Shown: positions 17,765 through 26,074 of the stretch, one piece after another | Layout of the letters: each line of letters begins with the position of its first letter | How positions within the stretch are numbered: the first letter of the stretch is position 1 | Assembly (NCBI RefSeq): GCF_900167955.1 | Contig: NZ_FUYK01000001.1 | Coordinates: forward strand, 51,550 to 79,343 | Direction of reading: 5' to 3' | DNA length: 27,794 bases | Source of the DNA: Candidatus Nitrosotalea bavarica | GTDB taxonomy: Archaea; Thermoproteota; Nitrososphaeria; Nitrososphaerales; Nitrosopumilaceae | The notes under the pieces: model-generated | Databases searched by the model: none | What the model saw: only the letters and a program-made list of their open reading frames with translations | Told to the model about the DNA's origin: nothing | Made by a program: the position numbers and the translations under genes

Positions 17765-18694
17765 TTACCATCTAACAATAGGGGGTAATTTTTCAATATC
17801 TTTTGGCAATAATATGGTAAAAGTAGTAGGATGATTTCTTGCGGAGAGTGTGCCGTGATGCTGTTCAATTATGTTTTTACAACTTGGCAGACCTAGACCA
17901 GTACCGTGTTCTTTTGTAGAAAATAATGGCTCAAAAATTCTTTGCATCGATTCATCAGGTATTGGAGAGCCAGAGTTTTGAACATCTATTTGGATCTCAT
18001 TTGCTTTCTTGACAAATCTTATCAAAATTTCTCCAGATGTATCTTCGCCAATTGATTGTATTGCATTTGTTAACAGATTGTAAAAAACAACTTCCAATTT
18101 TGTACCATCACATTTTAGTGAAATATCATTTTCTGGTATGATTATTTTCATATTGTCTGGAACTCGGATTCCTTCTAATGAATTGTGAATTATATTCAAT
18201 AAAGAATTTTTTTCTAACATCAACGGCTGTGTTCTTGCAAAATTCAAAACATCGCTTATGAGCATATTCATTTTAGTAACAGAACGGCTTATTTTTGCAA
18301 AATGTTCAAAAATTTCCCGATCAATCTTGTCTTTATATCGGATGGTCATTACATCTACTGCATTTTTGATTATAGACATGGGATTTCTTAGGTCATGGGC
18401 TAGATCAGATGCCAATTCACCCAAAATTTCCAGTTTTTCTTTTTTGATGTCTTTTTCAGTTTTAATCTGTTGTACACTGGTAACAAATTCACATCTTAAT
18501 CCAAGTGATTCGTGATGCTTCCAAATCGCTTCTTCGTTGGGAGCATCCAAGATACAGTATAACTTGTCTTCATTTTTGTTGTAAAATATCTCTAAATGTT
18601 TAACACCAAAATTATCAACTGGCGAATTTACTGCTTTTTCCAGATCTTCAGGATTAAGACCTTTCATATTGTGACCGTCAACAAAAATAGGCAT
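17765..18694 (-). CDS. Cytoplasmic sensor histidine kinase with N-terminal DUF4242 (SCO4226-like) domain
   Basis: 309 aa with no TM segments. The N-terminus MPIFVDGHNMKGLNPEDLEKA...GVKHLEIFYNKNEDKLYCILDAPNEEAIWKHHESLG matches the DUF4242 pattern (MP.fMDvH...g.t.e.l..aH...gV....w.d...g.v.CL.eAP..EA....H). H-box LAHDLRNPMSII, N-box YNLLTNAIQS, G-boxes VQNSGSPIP and GTGLGL. Confidence 0.85.
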   Translation of the reverse strand: MPIFVDGHNMKGLNPEDLEKAVNSPVDNFGVKHLEIFYNKNEDKLYCILDAPNEEAIWKHHESLGLRCEFVTSVQQIKTEKDIKKEKLEILGELASDLAHDLRNPMSIIKNAVDVMTIRYKDKIDREIFEHFAKISRSVTKMNMLISDVLNFARTQPLMLEKNSLLNIIHNSLEGIRVPDNMKIIIPENDISLKCDGTKLEVVFYNLLTNAIQSIGEDTSGEILIRFVKKANEIQIDVQNSGSPIPDESMQRIFEPLFSTKEHGTGLGLPSCKNIIEQHHGTLSARNHPTTFTILLPKDIEKLPPIVRW

Positions 18695-19089
18695 TAGAGT
18701 ATTTGATATACGTTTTACAAATAAAAGTGTTTTACTTGTAATTTGTAGAATTTACTACGCAGTGCATTCATAATATTTTCATCATTTTTACCATTCACAA
18801 CGGCAGTGGTAAAAAATGTCATTTTATCAGAAATTTTGCATAAATGCATTTCTTAGCTTCCAATACACCCACACCCCCAGATTTTAAGTGATAGTGTTCT
18901 GTTAACACGTGTCCGCAATCACCACCTTTTGGCTGAGCAATATCACACTTACACCATTCCATCTCTTAATGAGTTAATTTTTCTTCTTCCAGTGATTTCT
19001 GACTAAACATTTCCTTGTCTTCCAGATAGTTCTAAGACTAGATTCCTAGAACAATACAAATTATTAATCACATAAACAAATACCAAAAC

Positions 19090-19914
19090 ATGGATAAAGT
19101 TGCAATAGTGACTGGCAGTTCAAGTGGAATAGGTTTTGAGACTGCACTTGCACTAGCACGTGAAGGATATCATACATATGCAACCATGCGTGATATAAGA
19201 AAAGGCAGTAAAATTTTAGATATTGCAAAAAAAGAAGATCTTAAAATCGAAGTTGTAGAACTTGACGTCAATAACGAATCTACTATAAAAAAAGCAGTTG
19301 AAAAAATAGTAAATGAAAAAAATAGAATTGACGTTCTAGTAAATAATGCCGGATATTTTCTTGTTGGGTGTTTAGAGGATTTATCAATTGGAGACCTAAA
19401 AGATCAGTTTGAAACAAACTTTTTTGGAGTGGTAAGAACAATTCAAGCAGTTCTGCCCACAATGCGAAGTCAAAAATCAGGAATCATAGTAAACATAAGT
19501 TCAGTAGCAGGAAGGATTGGATTTCCAGTAACTCCCGGATATATCAGTTCAAAATTTGCATTAGAGGGTTTGAGTGAATCAATGCGGTATGAGCTATTTC
19601 CATTTGGAATTAAAACAATAATCATAGAACCGGGTGTAATCAAGACAAATCTTTTTGCGACCCTAAAAAATACAACCAAGGCAAACTCGCCATATAAGGA
19701 GATGGCAGACAAGGTGATGAAGGGATTGGTAATGATGTCAGAGATGGGAACGCCTCCACAAGAGGTTGCAAAGACCATAATCAAGGCAATTACATCTGAG
19801 AACCCATTACCTCGCTATCCTGTTGGAAATGACGCCATAATGTTTCTTGAAGCAAAAAAAGACAAGACAGACATTGAGTTTGAAAATTACATAAAAAAAG
19901 AGCTTTTTAGCTAA
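19090..19914 (+). CDS. Short-chain dehydrogenase/reductase (SDR) family oxidoreductase
   Basis: 274 aa. Cofactor motif VTGSSSGIG, NNAG, and the catalytic S...YxxxK (SSVAG...YISSKFA). Confidence 0.9.
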   Translation: MDKVAIVTGSSSGIGFETALALAREGYHTYATMRDIRKGSKILDIAKKEDLKIEVVELDVNNESTIKKAVEKIVNEKNRIDVLVNNAGYFLVGCLEDLSIGDLKDQFETNFFGVVRTIQAVLPTMRSQKSGIIVNISSVAGRIGFPVTPGYISSKFALEGLSESMRYELFPFGIKTIIIEPGVIKTNLFATLKNTTKANSPYKEMADKVMKGLVMMSEMGTPPQEVAKTIIKAITSENPLPRYPVGNDAIMFLEAKKDKTDIEFENYIKKELFS

Positions 19915-20070
19915 AATACATCAATTTAGTCACCGATTCATTAATTCAAAAAGGTTAGAACAAAAAATTCCATGATTTTCATACTATTACTTTGGTTAGA
20001 TTGATATACGTCGGAAAGTCAATTTTTGTCAAAGTCAACAGATTTAATCAAAAGTTTAGTGATAACAAAA

Positions 20071-21636
20071 ATGAAATGGAAAACCCTTCAACACAATGGC
20101 ATTGCGTTTCTTCCTCCTTACGAGTCAAAAGGCATTACGATTAAGATCAAGGGAGAGAAGGTTCCTCTAAGCATTGATGCTGAAGAGATGGTGTACCAAT
20201 GGGCAAAAAAGAAAGACACGCCTTATGTTAAAGATCAAGTTTTCCAGAAAAACTTTCTAGCAGCATTTGTAAAAATACTTCCGTCAAAATTCAAAAATAA
20301 TTCACTAACTGATATCGACTTTTCTGAAGCATTCAAGGTAGTCGATATGGAAAAAGATTCCAAATTAACCATGACTAAAGAGGAGAAGAAAAAGATTGCA
20401 TCTACAAGAAAGGAGATCAAGGAGAAAATGAAGGCAAAATATGGCACGGCAGTAATCGACGGAAAAGAGGTTGACGTTGCAAATTGGATGGCAGAGCCTC
20501 CAGGACTTTTCATAGGAAGAGGAGATCATCCACTCAGGGGCAAATGGAAACCAAAGATTACAGAAAAAGACGTTACACTGAATCTTGGAAAAGAAGCCAA
20601 GGTACCTCCTGGGAATTGGGGCAAGATTATTCACGAGTCTGATTTTATGTGGCTTGCAAGCTGGATGGATGTACTAACCGATAAAAGAAAATACGTCTGG
20701 CTATCTGATACATCTGACCTCAAACAAGAACGTGACAAGATGAAATACGACAAGGCAACAAAACTTGCAGCCGAAATTGACAAAGTTTTAGGATTAGTGA
20801 TTAAAAAAATGTCAGACAAGGATGAGAAGGTAAGAAGAGTTGCAACTGTTTGTTATTTAATTTACAAAACTGCAATGAGAGTAGGTGATGAAAAGGATCC
20901 AGATGAGGCAGATACTGTAGGTGCTACAACTTTGAGAGTCGAACATGTCAGTCTAAGACCAGGCGTAATAGAATTTGACTTTTTAGGAAAAGACAGTGTG
21001 AGATGGCAAAAACCACTACCGGTAACAGAACAAGATAAAATGTTTTATGAGAATCTCAAAAAACTTACAGAGAAAAAGAAAAAGGATGATCTCATATTTG
21101 ATGGAATTACTTCAAGACACGTAAATGAATTTCTTGGCGGTATAGTAAAGGGCCTCACTGCCAAAGTATTTAGAACATATCTTGCAACGCAGGTAGTTAC
21201 AAATTATCTTAAAAAAGTGGACAACCTAAAATCAAAATCTGAAAATATCAAGATATACCATGCAAGACTTGCCAACTTGGATGCTGCAATAACATGTAAT
21301 CACAAGAGAACCATACCTAAGAACTTTGATGAAGCTTTACAGAAGAGACGTGATGCAATTAAGAAACTACATGAAACTAAACCTAAAACTGAAAAACAAA
21401 CCGAGAAATTAAAACAACGCGAAGAAAAATTAAAACTTACGCTAGAATTAACTGAAAAAACTCGAGATTATAATTTAGGAACATCGCTTAGAAATTACAT
21501 CGACCCGCGAGTTGTCAAAGCTTGGTCAGATGCAGTTGGACTAGAATGGGAGAAACTTTACACATCTGCACTTCAAAAGAAATTCCAATGGGTATCCAAG
21601 GTTGATACCAATTGGAAAAACATCGCACAAACCTAA
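20071..21636 (+). CDS. top1: DNA topoisomerase IB (eukaryote-type topoisomerase I)
   Basis: The N-terminus KWKTLQHNGIAFLPPYE parallels the eukaryotic Topo I core start (W.fLeHnGp.F.PPYEP). Core-domain blocks include GRGDHPLRGKWK, TVGATTLRVEHV, KVFRTY and CNHKR. The C-terminal active-site motif is LGTSLRNYIDPRV (catalytic Tyr in the SxxNYxDPR context). I prefer ATG 20071; the track ORF starts at a TTG at 20026. Confidence 0.9.
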   Translation: MKWKTLQHNGIAFLPPYESKGITIKIKGEKVPLSIDAEEMVYQWAKKKDTPYVKDQVFQKNFLAAFVKILPSKFKNNSLTDIDFSEAFKVVDMEKDSKLTMTKEEKKKIASTRKEIKEKMKAKYGTAVIDGKEVDVANWMAEPPGLFIGRGDHPLRGKWKPKITEKDVTLNLGKEAKVPPGNWGKIIHESDFMWLASWMDVLTDKRKYVWLSDTSDLKQERDKMKYDKATKLAAEIDKVLGLVIKKMSDKDEKVRRVATVCYLIYKTAMRVGDEKDPDEADTVGATTLRVEHVSLRPGVIEFDFLGKDSVRWQKPLPVTEQDKMFYENLKKLTEKKKKDDLIFDGITSRHVNEFLGGIVKGLTAKVFRTYLATQVVTNYLKKVDNLKSKSENIKIYHARLANLDAAITCNHKRTIPKNFDEALQKRRDAIKKLHETKPKTEKQTEKLKQREEKLKLTLELTEKTRDYNLGTSLRNYIDPRVVKAWSDAVGLEWEKLYTSALQKKFQWVSKVDTNWKNIAQT

Positions 21637-21679
21637 GCAAGTTACATTTAATTGCATCAAGAATTTAGGCGTTAATTAT

Positions 21680-21772
21680 GCCGGGGTAGCTCAGCCTGGC
21701 CTAGAGTGCCAGTCCATACAAAGGGTATTACTCATAATCTGGAGGTCGTGGGTTCGAAACCCACCCCCGGTA
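21680..21772 (+). tRNA. tRNA with anticodon CAT (elongator Met or Ile2-type) containing a 17-nt non-canonical intron
   Basis: Hand-folded cloverleaf. Acceptor GCCGGGG/CCCCGGT (G1:U72 wobble), U8 A9, D arm GCTC-AGCCTGGCCTA-GAGT, T arm GTGGG-TTCGAAA-CCCAC, 5-nt variable loop AGGTC, discriminator A. The anticodon arm forms (CCAGA-CTCATAA-TCTGG, anticodon 21733-21735) only after removing 21713-21729. A T-run (cgttttgttt) follows the 3' end. Confidence 0.85.
21713..21729 (+). other. Predicted tRNA intron between mature positions 30 and 31 (non-canonical site)
   Basis: Removing tccatacaaagggtatt restores a perfect 5-bp anticodon stem. The same boundaries fit a bulge-helix-bulge-like fold: outer helix GAG(21704-06)/CTC(21731-33), central 4-bp helix TGCC(21707-10)/GGTA(21724-27, one G:U), and 3-nt bulges AG|T (21711-13) and TT|A (21728-30), each cut after bulge nucleotide 2. 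Confidence 0.6.
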
Positions 21773-21940
21773 TACACCGTTTTGTTTAATACTCTAACAG
21801 GCGTATTATGCAGGCTTGAGCCAAAAGACTTCTAATCTCAAAAAATCTTCGGTTTACGACTATGATACACTAACGGACGGCATATTCAAACTCATAAGAA
21901 AAGATCTGTCTGTTGAAAATTTCATCCACAATTGTTTATA

Positions 21941-23629
21941 ATGAGAGATCTAAACATTTTCAGTGAATCAAGTGTAATGAACAAATTAACTGTAACCAAA
22001 ATTTTCTCAATTATTGTAATAGTCATAGGCATTATGGTGACATTTGGTTGGATTTTTGACATTGCAAGTCTAAAGTCAATTCTTCCAAATTATGTAACAA
22101 TGAAATTTAGCACCAGCGTATCTTTTATCTTCAGTGGGGTTACACTATATTTTATTTCAAGGTTCAAGGAAGGAAAAAGCGCTATTGCTCAAATAGCTAT
22201 ACCAGCATCAGGATTAGTTATAGCACTCTTCATGGTGACCAATTTGATATCTAGTTTTCTTCCCTTCCAAACCGGATTGGAGAATATCTTTGTAAAAGAA
22301 ACAGGTAATGCCATATCAACAACAATTCCTGGCAAACCCTCAATTGGAACGATGGTAAATTTTATTTTTATAATTGTATACGGAATTTTTTCAATGTCTG
22401 ACTCTATCAGGCTTAGAAAATTTGCATTCGGGGTAGGATATTTTGTTATTGGAGTCGGTTTAGTATCACTTGTAGGATATATCACAAACTTGCCATTGCT
22501 CTATTATGCTAGTCCTGGAGTGAGCACCGCAATGGCACTTCATACAAGTGTGTTATTTGTGATATTAGGTTCTGGAATGATTCTCTTACGATCTTACTAT
22601 CAAGAGATTGGTACAGAGTCTCTGAGTATGAAGAAAAAATTGATGTCTTTATTTCTGATTATCTCTATGACTCCCATTATTTTTCTAGGCGTACTAAGCT
22701 ATGGAATTACAAAAGAAATGGTGTCCGCAGATGCTTTTGAGATCAGTCTTTTGATACTGACTGCAACATCTGCTATAATTGTAGGAATCTTTTCCATTTC
22801 CATATCAAAATCAATAGTGAATCCTATTTTGAAGATAAGACATGTCGTATCTCAAGTATCAAAAGGAGATTTAGATGTAAAAGCAGATGAAAGGTCTACC
22901 GATGAATTAGGAGATCTTGCCAAAGATTTCAATCAAATGACTACCAGTATAAAATTAAATGAAGCGATGAAGATTCAAAATGAAAAAATGGTTGCAATTG
23001 GGAACACAGCTTCTAGATTAGCTCATGACATAAGAAATCCATTATCTGTAATTCTGAATGGTATAGAATTGCTTAAAATGTATGAGAAAAATATGGATGA
23101 GGTAAAACTACGATCATATGCAAGACTTGAGAATGCCATTCATCAGATAACAGCACAAATAGAAGATGTGATGGATTTTGTAAGACAATCCCCACTTGAG
23201 TTGGCAAAACACTCCTTGTTAGATATATTAAAAAATACTGTAGGGATTATAGTCATACCAAATACAGTTAAAATAGAATTTCCAAAAAATGACGCAATAA
23301 TTATTTGTGATCAATTAAGGATTTCAAATGTTTTTTCTAACCTTATTTTAAATGCGATACAAGCCATGAATGATAATGGCACGATAAAAATACGAATCAC
23401 TGATGATGAGAATAAATCAGTAATTGAATTTGAGGACACTGGTCCTGGCATCTCAGATGAAATATTGCCTAAAATATTTGATCCTCTGTTTACCACAAAA
23501 GCTAAAGGAACAGGCCTGGGTTTGGCAACTTGCCAGAGTATTATCAAACAACATGGAGGTACAATATTAGTGAATCCAAAACCAACCATATTTACAATAT
23601 CTTTTTTCAAAAATAAACCAACTCTTTGA
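21941..23629 (+). CDS. Membrane sensor histidine kinase (polytopic N-terminal sensor, HAMP, HisKA, HATPase_c)
   Basis: About 8 predicted TM helices in the first 290 aa or so. A HAMP-like linker follows (PILKIRHVVSQVSKGDLDVKADERSTDELGDLAKDFNQMTTSI). H-box LAHDIRNPLSVI, N-box SNLILNAIQAM, G-boxes FEDTGPGISDE and GTGLGL. The track ORF begins at TTG 21932; the first ATG is 21941, and ATG 21977 (MNKLTV) is also possible. Confidence 0.85.
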   Translation: MRDLNIFSESSVMNKLTVTKIFSIIVIVIGIMVTFGWIFDIASLKSILPNYVTMKFSTSVSFIFSGVTLYFISRFKEGKSAIAQIAIPASGLVIALFMVTNLISSFLPFQTGLENIFVKETGNAISTTIPGKPSIGTMVNFIFIIVYGIFSMSDSIRLRKFAFGVGYFVIGVGLVSLVGYITNLPLLYYASPGVSTAMALHTSVLFVILGSGMILLRSYYQEIGTESLSMKKKLMSLFLIISMTPIIFLGVLSYGITKEMVSADAFEISLLILTATSAIIVGIFSISISKSIVNPILKIRHVVSQVSKGDLDVKADERSTDELGDLAKDFNQMTTSIKLNEAMKIQNEKMVAIGNTASRLAHDIRNPLSVILNGIELLKMYEKNMDEVKLRSYARLENAIHQITAQIEDVMDFVRQSPLELAKHSLLDILKNTVGIIVIPNTVKIEFPKNDAIIICDQLRISNVFSNLILNAIQAMNDNGTIKIRITDDENKSVIEFEDTGPGISDEILPKIFDPLFTTKAKGTGLGLATCQSIIKQHGGTILVNPKPTIFTISFFKNKPTL

Positions 23630-23631
23630 AT

Positions 23632-23898
23632 TTATGAACGCTTGATGGCTCGTTTGACTGATTCTCTATTCTTAAGAAGATAGTAGGTAGAACTGTTGGA
23701 TTTGAACCCCACTTTGGTAATTCCACTTGTAATAAGCCTTACAAGTTTTGCGGGATGTGTTTCCACATCAAACCATTGCCATCCCAAATATTGTTTGTTG
23801 GGTAGATTCTCCTCTTCTTTTTGTACTGCTAGCTGAAGAGTCTTGAGATATTCCGGCTTTTGAGCTAGTAGCTGGACAGCATTGTTATAATCTTGCAT
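23632..23898 (-). CDS. Hypothetical small protein (about 88 aa)
   Basis: The ORF is open from 23943, but the first 15 codons (MFIKKTYAYMYRCVC) look like AT-rich read-through, so MQDYNNAVQLL (ATG 23898) is a more plausible start. No recognisable motif. It lies divergent to the hyf-like cluster and convergent with the kinase. Confidence 0.4.
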   Translation of the reverse strand: MQDYNNAVQLLAQKPEYLKTLQLAVQKEEENLPNKQYLGWQWFDVETHPAKLVRLITSGITKVGFKSNSSTYYLLKNRESVKRAIKRS

Positions 23899-24034
23899 AC
23901 ATACACACCTATACATATATGCATATGTCTTTTTTATAAACAATTAAATGCATATTGTATGAATTTAGCCTCAAAGATCCATTCTATGAAAAATAATTTC
24001 AACAATATCATGGGATCCACACTGGCTGACAATA

Positions 24035-26074
24035 ATGATTAGTAATCTTGTTTTGTTCCAGATTCCAATTTTGCTGTTCTTGGTAGGAGCACTATCTGGT
24101 CTGTTATCACGAAATAGCAGACTTGCACGACCAATGATATTTGTCCCTGCCATGATTGGTTCAATTTTTACCATCATATTTTCAATCGACATCATAACTG
24201 GCGCATCATTAAAATTGGCTATACCAAACATACTTCCTTTCTTTAATCTTGAAATCTTTGTTGATGGAGTATCTGCATTTTTCATGTTAATAATTGGAAT
24301 AGTATCATTTGCTGTTTCATTATACTCGATCGGATATTCAAAGGAATACGAAACTAAAAAAAGAATATCGGTCTTTGGATTTCTTTTTAATATTTTTATC
24401 CTATCAATGATTCTTGTTGTGTCATCAAACAATGCTTTTTTCTTTTTGATATTTTGGGAATTAATGTCACTAGTTTCGTTTTTCTTGGTAATCTATGATC
24501 ATGACAAGGAAGAAAATCTAAAGTCAGGAATTACATATCTTGTGATGACACATTTTGGAACTGCTCTTATTTTTGTGTCATTCTTACTTGGATATATTCA
24601 GACAGGTAGTTTTAGTTTTGATTCACTGCGTGAATCGTCTGCTTCATTTCCATTGTTGGTAAAAAATCTTGTATTTGCTTTTGCATTTATTGGATTTGGA
24701 GTAAAAGCGGGAATTGTACCGCTACATACTTGGTTGCCCCATGCACATCCATCTGCTCCAAGTAATGTTTCTGCATTAATGTCTGCAGTTATGATAAAAA
24801 TGGGAATTTATGGCATAGTTAGGACAGTTTTTGATTTTTCTGGCTTTGGTGCCTCCCCTGACTTTGCATGGTGGGGAGTTCTCATGATTGCTGTAGGTTC
24901 CATATCTGCAGTAAGCGGCGTGCTATATGCAGTAATTGAGCATGACATAAAACGAGCCCTTGCCTACTCTAGCATAGAAAACATAGGGATAATTCTAATC
25001 GGATTAGGACTCTCAGTTGTCTTTGCGGCATATCACCTTGTATCACTCTCAGTATTGGCCTTTGTTGCAAGTATGTATCACACCATAAACCATGCAGTCT
25101 TCAAGGGATTACTTTTCATGGGTGCAGGCTCTGTTGTATATGCTACCCATTCTAGAAACATAGAAGATCTTGGTGGAATCATCAAGCAGATGCCATGGAC
25201 TTCACTGTTATTTCTAATTGGGGCTGTCTCCATAGTTGGATTGCCACCATTCAATGGTTTTGTAAGCGAGTGGTTGACGTTGCAGGCTTTTCTTTCAAGT
25301 TATCAGATACCGTCAACAATACTGCAAATATCCATTGCATTTGCAAGCTTGCCTTTTGCACTCACAATAGGAATTGCATCTGCCACATTTGTTAGATTGT
25401 TTGGAATAACATTTCTTTCAAGAGCAAGAAGTAAACATGCTCTTAATATCAAAGAAGTTCCACGCAGCATGATTATTGGAATGGCAGTGTTGGCAGCTGC
25501 TTGCATCCTACTTGGAATACTTGCATCTTTAGGAATTTCGTTGATAAGTTCCGCATTCCATTTACCTTCACAACCTTCCAGTCCCTTGGATAGTATAACG
25601 TTGCAAAATAATGCAAAGAATGCAGTACATCTCTCCATGCCATTTGTTCTGATATTGTTCTCAGCTATAGCAGTTGGTGCTTTTGGTTTTATTCGAACAA
25701 TTGGTGGAAAAACCAGCAAGACAATCTACGGAACATGGGATTGTGGATTTGGAAATCTAAATGAAAAAATGGAATACACTGCAACATCATTATCTCAACC
25801 AATACGTGCTGTCTTCAAAGTTTTTTTCAAGCCACATAATGTTACAAGTAAGGAATTTTTTGTATCAACAAATCAATACTTGATAAAATCTATCAAATTC
25901 AATTCTATAACAAAAAATATCTTTGAGGAAAGCCTGTACCAACCAATAATATCTTCCACTCTTAGAGTCTTGGACAAGATACGAAAAATCCAGACTGGAA
26001 AGATAAACTCATACTTGCTTTACATAATGATAACCGCAGTCGCACTTCTCTTGTTTGTGAGGTTGAGCCATTAA
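24035..26074 (+). CDS. hyfB: HyfB-like proton-conducting membrane subunit (hydrogenase-4 component B / NuoL-MrpD antiporter-like family)
   Basis: 679 aa with about 16 TM helices. The antiporter-type core is GIVPLHTWLPHAHPSAPSNVSALMSAVMIKMGIYGI, plus SSIENIGIILIGLG, MYHTINHAVFKGLLFMGAGSV and GLPPFNGFVSEW. Size is close to E. coli HyfB (about 670 aa, from memory). Confidence 0.85.
   Translation: MISNLVLFQIPILLFLVGALSGLLSRNSRLARPMIFVPAMIGSIFTIIFSIDIITGASLKLAIPNILPFFNLEIFVDGVSAFFMLIIGIVSFAVSLYSIGYSKEYETKKRISVFGFLFNIFILSMILVVSSNNAFFFLIFWELMSLVSFFLVIYDHDKEENLKSGITYLVMTHFGTALIFVSFLLGYIQTGSFSFDSLRESSASFPLLVKNLVFAFAFIGFGVKAGIVPLHTWLPHAHPSAPSNVSALMSAVMIKMGIYGIVRTVFDFSGFGASPDFAWWGVLMIAVGSISAVSGVLYAVIEHDIKRALAYSSIENIGIILIGLGLSVVFAAYHLVSLSVLAFVASMYHTINHAVFKGLLFMGAGSVVYATHSRNIEDLGGIIKQMPWTSLLFLIGAVSIVGLPPFNGFVSEWLTLQAFLSSYQIPSTILQISIAFASLPFALTIGIASATFVRLFGITFLSRARSKHALNIKEVPRSMIIGMAVLAAACILLGILASLGISLISSAFHLPSQPSSPLDSITLQNNAKNAVHLSMPFVLILFSAIAVGAFGFIRTIGGKTSKTIYGTWDCGFGNLNEKMEYTATSLSQPIRAVFKVFFKPHNVTSKEFFVSTNQYLIKSIKFNSITKNIFEESLYQPIISSTLRVLDKIRKIQTGKINSYLLYIMITAVALLLFVRLSH

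Noticed and set aside
17558-17788. 76-aa + strand ORF in the helicase-kinase intergenic region
   Set aside because: It has a TTG start and an implausible sequence, and its end overlaps the 3' end of the convergent kinase gene. I could not assign the 277-bp spacer any RNA structure beyond a small AGGC-TTT-GCCT hairpin followed by a T-run (about 17638-17653).
21602-21835. 77-aa + strand ORF spanning the end of topIB and the tRNA
   Set aside because: It runs straight through a well-folded tRNA gene, so the open frame is coincidental.
23971-24432. 153-aa minus-strand ORF
   Set aside because: It is antisense to the N-terminal TM helices of the hyfB-like gene, with no motif. The hyfB-like frame is strongly supported by family motifs.
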